Below are positions 1-10,908 of a stretch of DNA of 64,000 nt, one piece after another. The position numbers and the translations under genes are program-made. The notes under the pieces were generated by a model. That model had not been told where the DNA came from and did not search any database. It saw nothing but the letters and a program-made list of their open reading frames with translations. Origin of the DNA: an uncultured Bacteroides sp. (GTDB taxonomy: Bacteria; Bacteroidota; Bacteroidia; Bacteroidales; Bacteroidaceae); assembly GCA_949285025.1 (NCBI GenBank), contig CASDXG010000015.1:10754-74753 (forward strand), written 5' to 3'. Positions within the stretch are counted from its first letter, which is position 1, and the number at the start of each line of letters is the position of its first letter.

Positions 1-74
1 ATACTTTCTATTTTAAAAACTGCGTGAAAATAATAAAACATTACATATAAAGAAAGACAAAAAAGATTTTTATT

Positions 75-2141
75 TTACCATTTAAACCGCATTTGGAACT
101 GTAAATCCGCCTTATTGTTACCTTGTATTTCTTCTGTTCCGCTTCCTATTTTATTCCTGTCCGTATAATGTGTCCACCCGTATTTTGCCTGAAAAGAAAA
201 CCTTTTTTTATAATTATACTGTAAATTGATGGCGCAACGGAATCCTTTCCCGAAAAACGAATAATTAGAAAAAGAATAAAGCAAACCGGGTTCATACATA
301 TATATGCGCGAATCATAATTATCTGTAAAAAACCAACAACCGCTAATACTTCCATTAAGAGGAAAATGAGAAAACAAACTTTTCAATGTACAGTTCACCG
401 AATAACCGTTGGCATGTGCTTTCTTCCAATAACATGTGCGTACATATTCCGATGTGGTTTTCAACAGCATCTGTTTATTTATCTGATAAGACAAACTGTA
501 TTTAAGGCGTTGACGAATATAAGGCAATACATACTTTTCTCCTGTATATTCCTTATAATTTTTTGCTTTGTCCTTACAACTGTATTTTATCAACATCATA
601 AGTGAATTAGGATGTGAATAACTTAATTGGATTATGCTCTCAAATCCTGCTGTTTTGTTTTTATCTGCCTGAAATAAACGATAGGGAAAATAAAAAAAGT
701 CTCCACTACAAAATAATTTAAATCTCTTAAACAAAACGGTTTCCAGTCCAAAATAAAAACCTAATTCATTTCTTACACTTGAATTTTTACCGAATGCATT
801 AGCAAAAAGAGCCTCATAACGCTTATCAAAATACCTGTTCATAAATAAAAGAGTTGTTTCAGCATTCGGTGAATAAGTCAACATATTCAAAGTAGAAAAC
901 GAACCTTTTTTGTCAAATGCCACCTCTCCGGAAATAATAAAATCCCGCAAAAAACATTTATAATATCCTCCCATATTATAAAAATATCTGCCACGAGGAT
1001 AATATACATTATAAGGATGTGAATCGGGATTCAACACTTTGTCGAATATATTATACACAACTGTTAATCCTATTTCGGCATATTTTCCGTTATAGTTTAA
1101 ATTACATCCCATCAAATGGTTACATGTTTTATTTTTCTTTTCTATATCTTTCTGAAGACGATGGTACCCATCTGTTTTCAACGACTTTATAAACATATCT
1201 TCTACGCGGGCATCCATTTTACGAAAGGAATAGAAAGCTGAAAGTTCCCATCGGTTATTTATGCTATATGTTCCTGCCAGTCCTTGTAAATAATTGTATT
1301 CGTTTACTGAAGAATGTTTGGTAATGCCATTTCCTTTTTTACTCAATGCCATCAAATTACCCGCTTTTCCCATGTTGAATCCCATGTTCAGTATAAGACC
1401 ATAACCGAAACTTACTTTATAATTTCCTAGAGCCAATGCTTTCCATCTGCCCATATTCCGAAAAAATAGATAGACAGAATAAAAATCATACCCTTTTTTG
1501 TTTATACCTTTAAAGAAAGGTTCTCCCGGATCTTTTTCAGCTGTAAACCCAAAATAAACGTTTTCCTTATACCGGAAATAATAACGCATATTACTGTATA
1601 ATGGCGATCCGTTGTATTTCTTATTCGGATTTTTTTCTAATACATCTTTGCTATATGATGCATATCCCGCTTTTTCATTTAAAGGAATATTTGTTCTTAT
1701 GATTAATTCCTGTTTGTTATATTTTAAAACATCTCTTAATTTTACCGATTTTTCTTTTCCTTCTACAGCACCAGCATAAACGAAATCTTTTAAATACATT
1801 CGGGTCTGCCAGTCCAATCCTTCCACTCCTATCAGTTCATTTAAACTGTTCATAGGACCATACTTATATAAATAATACAATATAGACTCTATCTGTTTAT
1901 CCGATAAAAAAGGAATCTGCTCCAATTGTTCTTTTGTCGCAGTATTTATATTCAAAGGATTTTCCGCCAATAATGCCAGTTCTTCGTACATATCTTCCCA
2001 TTTCCCGGAAGTCTCTTTATCAAATACATCCCACTCCAATTCCGCCCATGTAGACTGTGCGGAAACATTCACAAAAAAAGAAAACGTCATGAAAAGAAAA
2101 AGAACCCGACGTTTCCAACATATTAACGGTATGTTTTTCAT
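75..2141 (-). CDS. ComEA-like helix-hairpin-helix protein with probable C-terminal outer-membrane beta-barrel
   Basis: Signal peptide, then PLNINTATKEQLEQIPFLS HhH motif. Aromatic-rich alternating C-terminal region ending LQFQMRFKW. Confidence 0.8.
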   Translation of the reverse strand: MKNIPLICWKRRVLFLFMTFSFFVNVSAQSTWAELEWDVFDKETSGKWEDMYEELALLAENPLNINTATKEQLEQIPFLSDKQIESILYYLYKYGPMNSLNELIGVEGLDWQTRMYLKDFVYAGAVEGKEKSVKLRDVLKYNKQELIIRTNIPLNEKAGYASYSKDVLEKNPNKKYNGSPLYSNMRYYFRYKENVYFGFTAEKDPGEPFFKGINKKGYDFYSVYLFFRNMGRWKALALGNYKVSFGYGLILNMGFNMGKAGNLMALSKKGNGITKHSSVNEYNYLQGLAGTYSINNRWELSAFYSFRKMDARVEDMFIKSLKTDGYHRLQKDIEKKNKTCNHLMGCNLNYNGKYAEIGLTVVYNIFDKVLNPDSHPYNVYYPRGRYFYNMGGYYKCFLRDFIISGEVAFDKKGSFSTLNMLTYSPNAETTLLFMNRYFDKRYEALFANAFGKNSSVRNELGFYFGLETVLFKRFKLFCSGDFFYFPYRLFQADKNKTAGFESIIQLSYSHPNSLMMLIKYSCKDKAKNYKEYTGEKYVLPYIRQRLKYSLSYQINKQMLLKTTSEYVRTCYWKKAHANGYSVNCTLKSLFSHFPLNGSISGCWFFTDNYDSRIYMYEPGLLYSFSNYSFFGKGFRCAINLQYNYKKRFSFQAKYGWTHYTDRNKIGSGTEEIQGNNKADLQFQMRFKW

Positions 2142-2208
2142 AGTTTATTTCTTTCTATTTCAAATAAAATAGTATTCTTTTTACATTATAATTCCTACTT
2201 TTGTATTG

Positions 2209-2814
2209 ATGAATAATTATTTTCATATAATTCTTTTGAGTATTTTATCTGTTTTCTTGCAAACAATAAACATACAAAAAGTATCTTCTCAGACAACTAA
2301 AGGAAAACTTCGTCCTGTTTGCGTCTATAAAGGAGATACTATACCTTATATAACGCTTAATACTGTCTATATATACCCGAGAATTAAGTTTAAAAATGAA
2401 AAAGAAAGAAGGCGTTATAACAAACTTGTACGTGACGTAAAAAAAACATTGCCTTTAGCAAAGGAAATAAGACGTGCTGTTATAGAAACTTATGAGTATT
2501 TGGAAACTTTACCAAACGAAGAAATGCGAAAAGAACATCTTAAAAATGTAGAGAAAGGTTTAAAGAAGCAATATACTCCAAAGATGAAAAAACTTACCTT
2601 TGCACAAGGCAAATTGCTTATAAAATTAGTTGACAGAGAGTGTAACTCATCGTCTTATCAGTTGGTAAAATCATTTATGGGTTCTTTTAAAGCCGGTTTT
2701 TATCAAACTTTTGCAGCCTTATTTGGTGCAAGTTTGAAAAAAGAATATCACCCGGAAGATAAAGACAAATCAATAGAAAAAATAGTTATCCTTGTTGAAA
2801 ACGGACAGTTATAG
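2209..2814 (+). CDS. DUF4294-family protein
   Basis: GDTIPYITL...YNKLVRDVKKTLP...KKLTFAQGKLLIKLVDRE pattern typical of Bacteroidetes DUF4294. ATG at 2209. Confidence 0.75.
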   Translation: MNNYFHIILLSILSVFLQTINIQKVSSQTTKGKLRPVCVYKGDTIPYITLNTVYIYPRIKFKNEKERRRYNKLVRDVKKTLPLAKEIRRAVIETYEYLETLPNEEMRKEHLKNVEKGLKKQYTPKMKKLTFAQGKLLIKLVDRECNSSSYQLVKSFMGSFKAGFYQTFAALFGASLKKEYHPEDKDKSIEKIVILVENGQL

Positions 2815-2834
2815 CTTTAAAATTCAGCATGGAA

Positions 2835-3380
2835 TTAAAAACAACTCTTTATTTTTTTCACAAATTCCCATAAAACAATTCCTGCAGCCACAGATACATT
2901 TAAAGAATGCTTTGTACCAAACTGAGGTATTTCTATGCAACCGTCACACATATCAACAACGTTTTGTTGAACACCTTTTACTTCGTTTCCCAATATAACG
3001 GCATATTTTTTATCATAATTCAACTCTAAATCATTCAATAATATACTTCCTTTACATTGTTCTACTGCCAATATCGTATATTTTTCTTCTTTAAGTTTTT
3101 TCACTGCATCAACAGTATCTTTAAAATACATCCAGTTTACCGTATCTTCAGCTCCTAAAGCCGTCTTATGTAATTCAGGATGAGGTGGAACAGCTGTAAT
3201 ACCGCATAAATAAATACATTCCAACAAAAAAGCATCCGAAGTACGAAAAACTGCTCCCACATTATGCATACTTCTTACATTATCTAATATCACTGATATT
3301 GGGAATTTAGAAGTTTTTCTAAACTCTTCCGCAGAAAGGCGGTTCATTTCTGTTATCTTCAATTTTCTTAAATAAGACAT
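2835..3380 (-). CDS. TrmH/SpoU family RNA methyltransferase
   Basis: LDNVRSMHNVGAVFRT, GNEVKG and IPQFGTKHSLNVSVAAG SPOUT motifs. Confidence 0.9.
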   Translation of the reverse strand: MSYLRKLKITEMNRLSAEEFRKTSKFPISVILDNVRSMHNVGAVFRTSDAFLLECIYLCGITAVPPHPELHKTALGAEDTVNWMYFKDTVDAVKKLKEEKYTILAVEQCKGSILLNDLELNYDKKYAVILGNEVKGVQQNVVDMCDGCIEIPQFGTKHSLNVSVAAGIVLWEFVKKIKSCF

Positions 3381-3425
3381 ATCTTTAAGTTTACAGCAAA
3401 TACATTATCACATATAGTATGTTTG

Positions 3426-3433
3426 CAAAGATA
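3426..3433 (-). promoter_or_regulatory. Bacteroidetes -7 promoter element (TAtcTTTG) for the TrmH gene
   Basis: caaagata on + strand matches TAnnTTTG on - strand. Confidence 0.6.
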
Positions 3434-3638
3434 AAGACTATATTAATAACCCTGTTGAAAACGGTTAAAAAGATGTAGAAAAGAAAGGAAAAGAAAAATA
3501 TAAAATGATGTATACATATTAAGATAATATTTTATATGCAATAACAAACAAACATTCCAAAAATAAAAAGAGGAAATTTACAATATAGTTTGAACACTTT
3601 TTCATACGAAAATAAGGTAACAAGAAGAAGAAAGTTAT

Positions 3639-3646
3639 TAACTTTG
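3639..3646 (+). promoter_or_regulatory. -7 promoter element (TAacTTTG), candidate nadA promoter
   Basis: Matches TAnnTTTG about 200 bp upstream of nadA. Confidence 0.4.
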
Positions 3647-3849
3647 CCAAATATATACATAGTGTTAATATATTATATAACTATAATAATATCAACGAGT
3701 AAGCATGTTTATGAATATTGAAATATAGTTTTCTTTATATTAATAAGCAAATAAACAAAAAATCCAGCTCATTTTTACAAACACAATAAACAAGCTATTA
3801 TCATTATCATAAATATCTTTTATAAAAATAACTACTATATATATTATAT

Positions 3850-4842
3850 ATGAATAAAGAAGAATGGACAAAGAATGGGTATGTTACAGAACCTATTGAT
3901 AAGCATATCGATTTAAAGATAGAAATAAATCGTCTGAAAAAAGAGAAAAATGCCGTTATTTTAGGGCATTATTATCAACCGGATGATATACAGGAAATAG
4001 CTGATTTTACGGGTGACAGTTTAGCTTTAGCGCAAAAAGCTTCTAAAACAGACGCAGATATTATTATAATGTGCGGTGTTCATTTTATGGGTGAAACGGT
4101 AAAAATACTTTGTCCTGACAAAAAAGTTTTGATTCCGGATCTAAATGCAGGATGTTCTTTGGCCGATAGTTGTCAGGCAGAAGACTTTTCACGTTTTGTG
4201 AAAGATCATCCCGGATATACGGTTATATCGTATGTCAATACGAGTGCAGCGGTCAAAGCTGTGACAGATGTTGTAGTAACATCTACGAATGCCAGGCAAA
4301 TAGTAGAAAGTTTTCCTGTAAATGAACGTATCATATTCGGCCCTGATAAAAATTTGGGACGTTATATAAATGCTATTACAGGTAGGAATATGTTATTATG
4401 GAACGGAGCATGTCATGTACATGAAAGGTTTTCTGCGCAGAATATTATTGAACTAAAAAGGCAATATCCTTCGGCTGCTGTTTTGGTTCATCCTGAATGT
4501 AAAGAAGAAGTTGTACGATTAGCTGATAAAGTTGCTTCTACTGCCGGATTACTGAAATATGCAGTTTCGAGTGAAAATACTGTATTTATAGTAGCAACGG
4601 AAAGTGGTATTTTATATGAAATGCGCAAAAAGTGTCCTGAAAAGATATTTATACCTGCATCACCTGATTCAGATATATCTAAATGTAATATGTGTAATTT
4701 TATGCGTTTGAATACGTTGGAAAAGTTATATAATACTTTAAAATATGAATGGCCGGAGATTAATGTTGATAAATCAGTATCGGAAAAGGCTGTGAAATCT
4801 ATTTATCGGATGTTGGATATTTCGGCAAGTTTAGGTTTATAA
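3850..4842 (+). CDS. nadA: Quinolinate synthase
   Basis: ILGHYYQ, GDSLAL, CGVHFMGET, AGCSLA, CHVH and HPEC motifs. Confidence 0.95.
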   Translation: MNKEEWTKNGYVTEPIDKHIDLKIEINRLKKEKNAVILGHYYQPDDIQEIADFTGDSLALAQKASKTDADIIIMCGVHFMGETVKILCPDKKVLIPDLNAGCSLADSCQAEDFSRFVKDHPGYTVISYVNTSAAVKAVTDVVVTSTNARQIVESFPVNERIIFGPDKNLGRYINAITGRNMLLWNGACHVHERFSAQNIIELKRQYPSAAVLVHPECKEEVVRLADKVASTAGLLKYAVSSENTVFIVATESGILYEMRKKCPEKIFIPASPDSDISKCNMCNFMRLNTLEKLYNTLKYEWPEINVDKSVSEKAVKSIYRMLDISASLGL

Positions 4843-4848
4843 ATAAAG

Positions 4849-4879
4849 AAAACGAGGATAACAATTATCCTCGTTTTTT
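4849..4879. terminator. Bidirectional intrinsic terminator between nadA and mutS
   Basis: aaaacgaggataa-caa-ttatcctcgtttt inverted repeat between convergent genes. Confidence 0.8.
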
Positions 4880-4881
4880 AT

Positions 4882-7506
4882 TTACTTGCCTTTTACTATT
4901 TTCTTTATATCATTTAATTTATTTAATGCTTCGATTGGTGTAAGATTATTTACGTCCAAATGAAGTATTTCATCTCGGATTTGGCATAATACAGGGTCAT
5001 CTAATTGGAAAAAACTTAATTGTATTCCATCAGAATTGTTTTCTTTATCATTTATTTTTATGGAAGGAGATAAATCTTTTTGTTTATGTTCTTTTTCCAA
5101 CAGATGTAATATTTCATCGGCACGTTTTACTATTTTTTGAGGCATTCCTGCCATTTTTGCAACATGAATACCAAAAGAATGTTCACTTCCACCTCTTTCT
5201 AATTTTCTAAGGAAAATGACTTTGTTATTCACTTCTTTCACCGAAACATTATAGTTTTTTATTCGAGAGAATGAATTTTCCATTTCATTCAGTTCATGAT
5301 AATGCGTTGCGAAAAGTGTACGTGCTCTGGCTTTTTTATTTTCATGGATGTATTCTACAATAGCCCATGCAATAGATATGCCATCGTATGTAGATGTTCC
5401 TCTGCCTAATTCATCAAAAAGTACAAGACTTTTCGGAGAAAGATTGTTTAAGATATTGGCAGCTTCATTCATTTCTACCATGAAAGTTGATTCTCCTACA
5501 GAAATGTTATCACTTGCTCCTACTCTTGTGAATATTTTGTCTACTATTCCTATATGTGCACTTTCAGCAGGAACAAAACAACCTATTTGTGCCATTAATG
5601 TAATTAATGCTGTCTGTCGTAATAAAGCCGACTTACCTGCCATATTGGGGCCTGTGATGATAATTATTTGTTGTTTTTGTGTATCCAGATAAACATCGTT
5701 GGCTATGTATTGTTCTCCTGCGGGTAATTGTTTTTCTATTACCGGATGGCGACCTTGTTTTATGTCAAGAATATCATTGTTTTCAATGACCGGTCGTATA
5801 TAATTATTAGACTTAGCTATATCGGCAAAAGAAATAAAACAGTCTAAGTTTGCTATTTTTATGGCATTTGTCTGAATAGCAGGAATAAAAGTGGATAGTT
5901 CTTTTACTAAATCATTATATAGTTGTGTTTCAAGAATAAGAATTTTGTCTTCGGCTCCTAATATTTTTTCTTCATATTCTTTTAATTCTTGTGTTATATA
6001 ACGTTCGGCATTTACTAAAGTTTGTTTTCGTATCCATTCTTCAGGAACTTTATCTTTATGTGTATTCCGCACTTCTATGTAGTAACCGAATACATTATTA
6101 TAGGCTATTTTTAAGCTTGATATACCGGTTTTTTCTATTTCTCTTTGTTGTATGTGCAGCAGATAATCTTTACCTAAATAAGATATTTTTCGTAATTCAT
6201 CCAGTTCTTTGTTTACTCCATCAGCTATGATTCCACCTTTATTAACCAATAAAGGCGGATCATTTTTTATTTCTTTTTCTATTTTTTCTCTTATAGGAAT
6301 GCACAAGTTCAGTTGGTTTCCTATTGATTTTAAACTATCGTTTTCAGAATTAAGACAGGCATTTTTTATAGATTCAATGGCATATAATGCTGTTTTTATC
6401 TGCACGATTTCTCGTGGAGATATACGACCGACTGCAGCTTTTGATGCAATACGTTCCAAATCTCCTATGGAATGAAGTTTTTCTTCAATAAAGTCTTTTA
6501 GATCGGGTTCTTTGAAAAAATATTCAACAGCGTCCAGGCGTTTGTTTATTGTTTGTATATCTTTTAAAGGAAAGACTATCCAACGTTTTAACAAGCGTGC
6601 ACCCATCGGACTTATTGTATGGTCTAATATATCTAAAAGAGTAGTTCCGTCTTCATTCATGCTGTCTATCAATTCCAGACTACGAATTGTAAATTTATCC
6701 AGACGGACGTAGCGTTCTTCTTCTATTCTGGAGAGTGAAGTGATATGACTTATTTGATAGTGTTGTGTCATATCAAGGTATTGTAGGATGGCACCTGCGG
6801 CAATAATGCCATTTTTCAGATGTTCTACTCCAAAACCTTTTAGACTTTTTGTTTCGAAGTGTTTCAACAATTTTTCTTTTGCTGAAGTTTCGGTAAATAC
6901 CCAATCGTCGAGTTCAAAGGTAAAGAATTTATTACCGAAATTACTTTCAAATAAAATTCTTTTCCCTCTTTCAAATAAAATTTCTTTAGGGGCGAAGTTG
7001 TTTATTAGTTTATCTATGTAATCGGAGCTACCTTCGGCAGTCATAAATTCTCCGGTTGATATGTCAAGAAAAGCAATACCATAGGTTGTTTTTCCAAAAT
7101 GTACGGCAGCCAGAAAGTTATTCTCTTTGTAAGAAAGAATATTGTCGCCTATTGCTATTCCCGGTGTAACGAGTTCGGTAATGCCTCGTTTCACCAGTTT
7201 TTTTGTAGTTTTAGGGTCTTCTAACTGATCGCAAATAGCTACACGTTTTCCTGCCCGTATAAGTTTTGGTAAATAAGTATCAAGTGCATGATGGGGAAAT
7301 CCGGCCATTTCTACTGTTTTATTTTGACCGTTTGCACGTTTTGTTAGTGTGATACCTAATATTTCTGAAGCGATGACAGCATCTTCAGAATATGTTTCAT
7401 AAAAATCACCACATCGGAATAGCATAATTGCATCGGGATGTTTTGACTTCAATTCGAAATATTGTTTCATCATTGGAGTCATTACGATGTCATTATTTTT
7501 TGTCAC
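4882..7506 (-). CDS. mutS: DNA mismatch repair protein MutS
   Basis: [23 protein letters not shown] Walker [10 protein letters not shown]. Confidence 0.97.
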   Translation of the reverse strand: MTKNNDIVMTPMMKQYFELKSKHPDAIMLFRCGDFYETYSEDAVIASEILGITLTKRANGQNKTVEMAGFPHHALDTYLPKLIRAGKRVAICDQLEDPKTTKKLVKRGITELVTPGIAIGDNILSYKENNFLAAVHFGKTTYGIAFLDISTGEFMTAEGSSDYIDKLINNFAPKEILFERGKRILFESNFGNKFFTFELDDWVFTETSAKEKLLKHFETKSLKGFGVEHLKNGIIAAGAILQYLDMTQHYQISHITSLSRIEEERYVRLDKFTIRSLELIDSMNEDGTTLLDILDHTISPMGARLLKRWIVFPLKDIQTINKRLDAVEYFFKEPDLKDFIEEKLHSIGDLERIASKAAVGRISPREIVQIKTALYAIESIKNACLNSENDSLKSIGNQLNLCIPIREKIEKEIKNDPPLLVNKGGIIADGVNKELDELRKISYLGKDYLLHIQQREIEKTGISSLKIAYNNVFGYYIEVRNTHKDKVPEEWIRKQTLVNAERYITQELKEYEEKILGAEDKILILETQLYNDLVKELSTFIPAIQTNAIKIANLDCFISFADIAKSNNYIRPVIENNDILDIKQGRHPVIEKQLPAGEQYIANDVYLDTQKQQIIIITGPNMAGKSALLRQTALITLMAQIGCFVPAESAHIGIVDKIFTRVGASDNISVGESTFMVEMNEAANILNNLSPKSLVLFDELGRGTSTYDGISIAWAIVEYIHENKKARARTLFATHYHELNEMENSFSRIKNYNVSVKEVNNKVIFLRKLERGGSEHSFGIHVAKMAGMPQKIVKRADEILHLLEKEHKQKDLSPSIKINDKENNSDGIQLSFFQLDDPVLCQIRDEILHLDVNNLTPIEALNKLNDIKKIVKGK

Positions 7507-7666
7507 TTTGTAATCCTTTCTTTTTTTTCTTTCAAAGAATAAAATAAGTATGCGATTTTAAAGGCTGATTTTTCAGAAGTTGTATATGATAAAAAGTAAA
7601 AAAAAACGGTTCGTATTATTTTAAATAATACGTTTTTTTACTTTAAAAAGTAGACAACTTTACTTG

Positions 7667-7674
7667 CAAAAATA
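7667..7674 (-). promoter_or_regulatory. -7 promoter element (TAttTTTG) upstream of mutS
   Basis: caaaaata on + strand. Confidence 0.5.
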
Positions 7675-7834
7675 CGCAAATTCTTCAAAAAATCAAAGTT
7701 GGCTTTGTCTTTACTGCTTTTTCTGGGTGGAAATGAAAGGGATAAAAAATTTTTTATTGGACAGGATTCGTTGAAAGTTTAAAGATGTTTTTATGGAAAG
7801 ATTGAAGTGTTCGTTACGAAATATCGAATAAGAA

Positions 7835-7871
7835 AAAGAAGTTATCTATAAATTATACAGATAACTTCTTT
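7835..7871 (-). terminator. Terminator downstream of tRNA-Gln
   Basis: aaagaagttatct...agataacttcttt inverted repeat, T-tract on - strand. Confidence 0.7.
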
Positions 7872-7876
7872 ATAAG

Positions 7877-7947
7877 TTGGACTACCAGGACTCGAACCTG
7901 GGCAAACAGAACCAAAACCTGTTGTGCTACCATTACACCATAGTCCA
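7877..7947 (-). tRNA. tRNA-Gln(TTG)
   Basis: Reverse complement TGGACTATGGTGTAATGGTAGCACAACAGGTTTTGGTTCTGTTTGCCCAGGTTCGAGTCCTGGTAGTCCAA folds as a cloverleaf with anticodon TTG. CCA is not encoded. Promoter TAtcTTTG at 7977-7984. Confidence 0.95.
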
Positions 7948-8096
7948 AACTTTTTGGCTTTCCTTAGAAAGCGTTGCAAAGATAATTGTTTTAAACGATA
8001 TAATCCAAATAATTCATTTACTTTTTTCTTTTGTCCGTTTGTTTATTATCTTTTTTGAGAATATTTCTTTCCTTTGTATGGTATTGCGAAATAAAA

Positions 8097-8135
8097 ATAC
8101 GTAAAGTTGAAATTATTTTTTTCAACTTTACGTAT
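8097..8135 (-). terminator. Terminator downstream of tyrS
   Basis: atacgtaaagttgaaa...tttcaactttacgtat inverted repeat. Confidence 0.75.
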
Positions 8136-8161
8136 GAATATCTGTAGTATAAAAGTGAATT

Positions 8162-9454
8162 TTATTTAGCTATCAGCAGGAAATAGTTCTTTTTTCCGCG
8201 TTGAACCAATAAATATTTGTTGTCCAGCAAATCGTTTGTCGTTATTACTTGATCGAATGCTGCCAGTTTTTCTTTGTTAAGCGATACGCCTCCGCCTTGA
8301 ACCAATTTGCGCATTTCGCCTTTTGAAGGGAATACATTTGCTTTTTCGGTGAGTAAATCGACAGCTTTTATACCGTTTTCTATATCGGTTTTTGATACTT
8401 CAAACTGAGGAACTCCTTCGAAAACAGATAAAAGTGTAGCTTCGTCTATTTTCTTTAATGCTTCTGATGTTGCATTTCCGAATAGTATTTCCGATGCTTC
8501 TACTGCGGCATTATAATCGGCTTCCGAATGAACCATTACCGTAACTTCGCGTGCCAGTCGTTTTTGAAGTGCGCGCAAATGTGGAGCTTCTTTGTGAGTT
8601 GTTACCAAACTTTCTATTTCCTCTTTACTGAGGGAAGTAAATATTTTGATATATCTTTCTGCATCTTCATCGCTTACATTCAGCCAGAACTGGTAGAATT
8701 TATAAGGAGAAGTGTAACGAGGATCGAGCCATACGTTTCCGGATTCTGTTTTGCCGAATTTACCTCCGTCGGCTTTTGTTATTAGAGGACAAGTCAAGGC
8801 AAAAGCTTCTCCTCCATTTGTGCGGCGGATTAATTCTGTACCGGTCGTAATATTTCCCCATTGATCGGAGCCGCCCATTTGAAGTTTACAGTTTTTTGTT
8901 TCGTATAAATGTAAGAAATCGTAGGCTTGCAGTAGTTGGTATGTAAATTCAGTGAATGAAAGTCCGTCGCGTGCTTCTCCGTTCAAGCGTTTTTGAACGG
9001 AATCTTTAGCCATCATGTAGTTTACTGTGATGTGTTTTCCTACTGTGCGGGCAAAGTCGAGGAAAGAAAAATCTTTCATCCAATCGTAATTGTTTACTAA
9101 TTCTGCTTTATTGGGAGCATCGGAATAAAAGTCAAGAAATTTGCTTAATTGTTTTTTTATGCACTCTTGATTATGCCTTAATGTCTCTTCATCAAGCAGA
9201 TTCCGTTCTGCTGATTTTCCGGAAGGATCACCAATCATACCGGTAGCTCCGCCTACAAGGGCTAAAGGTTTATGGCCACATCGTTGGAAATGTTTTAAAA
9301 TCATTACGCTGACCAAATGTCCGATATGAAGAGAATCGGCTGTCGGATCAATGCCGACATAAGCAGTTACCATTCCTTTTTCAAGCAATTCTTCTGTGCC
9401 CGGCATCATCGTATGAATCATTCCGCGCCATCTTAATTCTTCTACAAAGTTCAT
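8162..9454 (-). CDS. tyrS: Tyrosine--tRNA ligase
   Basis: HIGH and KFGKT motifs, C-terminal S4 domain. Likely start MNFVEEL at 9454. Confidence 0.97.
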   Translation of the reverse strand: MNFVEELRWRGMIHTMMPGTEELLEKGMVTAYVGIDPTADSLHIGHLVSVMILKHFQRCGHKPLALVGGATGMIGDPSGKSAERNLLDEETLRHNQECIKKQLSKFLDFYSDAPNKAELVNNYDWMKDFSFLDFARTVGKHITVNYMMAKDSVQKRLNGEARDGLSFTEFTYQLLQAYDFLHLYETKNCKLQMGGSDQWGNITTGTELIRRTNGGEAFALTCPLITKADGGKFGKTESGNVWLDPRYTSPYKFYQFWLNVSDEDAERYIKIFTSLSKEEIESLVTTHKEAPHLRALQKRLAREVTVMVHSEADYNAAVEASEILFGNATSEALKKIDEATLLSVFEGVPQFEVSKTDIENGIKAVDLLTEKANVFPSKGEMRKLVQGGGVSLNKEKLAAFDQVITTNDLLDNKYLLVQRGKKNYFLLIAK

Positions 9455-9501
9455 CGAATGAATACTTAAATTATTAGTTTTTTTATAGGATTGCGACAAA
9501 A

Positions 9502-10167
9502 TTACGACTTTTTGTCGAATAAGCTGTTTTTTGGCCGGTTAAAAAAGAGTTTATCAGCGGTTTCTTTTATTTCTTTTACTAATGTATGGTTTGATATACC
9601 TCTTGTTTCTGCAGCTTTTTTGTATAGTGAAGATATATTTACAGTGTTGTTGTCCGTTTCTAACAAAAAGCTTTTTTGAGGTACTGTTTGCAAAGTTTCC
9701 TGGTTATATTTTTCTCCGAAAGAAAGTATGAATCCGTTTTTTATTAAACTTTCTGCCAATTCTTTTTTTCCTCTGAAGCCATGAATAATCCATGTTTGTT
9801 TCGGCTTTAGGCTTTTTTTAAGAGCAATGATTTCGTTGAAAGCCTTTACGCAATGGATAAATATCGGGAGGCTTTTTTCTTCTGATAGTGTAATCATAAA
9901 AAGAAAAGCCTTTAATTGTAAGTCAAACGGGGTGTTACATTGTTTGTCCATTCCGCTTTCTCCTAAAGCAATGATCCGTTTGTCTGCAAGCATATCTGTT
10001 ATCCATTTTTTTTGCAATGGGAAACTATCTTCTGTTAGATACCATGGGTGGATTCCAATGCTAAGATAGACAGCATTATTCGGCAGCGGGGCGTCATACA
10101 TGCAACAGCTGAATATAGCCGAATCTTTCTTTTTCGGGATGTTATGGGTATGGACATCAAGTATCAT
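9502..10167 (-). CDS. TatD family hydrolase
   Basis: DVHTH, GIHPW, GESGMD, IHGF and LETD motifs. Confidence 0.88.
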   Translation of the reverse strand: MILDVHTHNIPKKKDSAIFSCCMYDAPLPNNAVYLSIGIHPWYLTEDSFPLQKKWITDMLADKRIIALGESGMDKQCNTPFDLQLKAFLFMITLSEEKSLPIFIHCVKAFNEIIALKKSLKPKQTWIIHGFRGKKELAESLIKNGFILSFGEKYNQETLQTVPQKSFLLETDNNTVNISSLYKKAAETRGISNHTLVKEIKETADKLFFNRPKNSLFDKKS

Positions 10168-10184
10168 GATTGATGGTGTGTGTG

Positions 10185-10406
10185 TTATGGAACGGGGTCA
10201 TAGCCTGACCCTCCCCACGGGTGACAGCGTAATATGCGTCGGATAGCTAAATAAAGTCCTTTAAAAGGACCATGTTTTTTCAGCGCTTCGATGGCATATT
10301 GTGAGCATGTAGGAGTGAAACGGCAGGACGGAAGAATAAACGGGGAGATACACTTTCTGTAAAAATAGATAGGAAGCAGCAACAAATATGTGAGAAATTT
10401 TTTCAT
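10185..10406 (-). CDS. yidD: Membrane protein insertion efficiency factor
   Basis: [10 protein letters not shown]...[17 protein letters not shown]. Confidence 0.95.
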   Translation of the reverse strand: MKKFLTYLLLLPIYFYRKCISPFILPSCRFTPTCSQYAIEALKKHGPFKGLYLAIRRILRCHPWGGSGYDPVP

Positions 10407-10798
10407 GCAATGCGTTCTGCTATGAGTTGTAAAAGTTTCTTTACTTTTTCTTCTACGGTTGAATAAGGGTGAAGATTATTGTCTAACCAGATGAAGGCTA
10501 TGATAAGTTTTTGTTTTGATTCCGTTGTAACATCAAGAAGTATTTGTTTGTTTGTCCGGTACGATTCGCGGATTTGGCGTTTTACTCTGTTTCTTTTTAC
10601 GGCTCGTTTGAATCTTTTTTTTGAAACGCTTATTAAAACGGAAACATCAGGAAGATTGTCTTTATCGGAAACTGTATATACAATCCGTAACGGGAAAGCA
10701 GAAAAAGATTTACTTCCTCCGGAAAATAAATTTTCTATTAGTTTTCGGCTGTTTAAACGTTCCGATTTACGAAAAGTATATGTAGATTGTTTTTCCAT
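10403..10798 (-). CDS. rnpA: Ribonuclease P protein component
   Basis: KSERL and [15 protein letters not shown] (RNR motif). Confidence 0.95.
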   Translation of the reverse strand: MEKQSTYTFRKSERLNSRKLIENLFSGGSKSFSAFPLRIVYTVSDKDNLPDVSVLISVSKKRFKRAVKRNRVKRQIRESYRTNKQILLDVTTESKQKLIIAFIWLDNNLHPYSTVEEKVKKLLQLIAERIA

Positions 10799-10827
10799 GA
10801 ATATTTACATCTGTTTTCCGTAAAGAA

Positions 10828-10870
10828 ATAAAGAATGTGTAAATAGAGAAGATATTTACACATTCTTTAT
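10828..10870 (-). terminator. Terminator downstream of uroporphyrinogen-III synthase gene
   Basis: ataaagaatgtgtaaata...tatttacacattctttat inverted repeat. Confidence 0.7.
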
Positions 10871-10908
10871 ATTTATATTTCAAATTTTATCAGTGATAAA
10901 ATAGTTGC

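Larger units (their letters stand above)
3381..3849. other. Candidate replication origin (oriC)
   Basis: About 470 bp very AT-rich intergenic region. Degenerate DnaA-box-like 9-mers (tgttgaaaa 3453, tgtagaaaa 3474, ttattaact ~3635), a tat/cat trinucleotide run and AT-rich block at ~3796-3849, an apparent skew switch, and parS 40 kb away. Confidence 0.6.

Noticed and set aside
3381-3849. Region as replication terminus
   Set aside because: No dif-like site was recognised, and the apparent skew direction and nearby parS favour an origin (not computed).
7877-8104. 75-aa ORF on + strand
   Set aside because: It is the antisense reading of tRNA-Gln and its promoter.
1-8200. AT-rich region as a genomic island
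   Set aside because: It contains core genes, the change in composition is gradual, and there is no integrase or direct repeat of the tRNA 3' end.
10174-10184. Short (GT)n run between yidD and tatD
   Set aside because: Too short to support phase variation.
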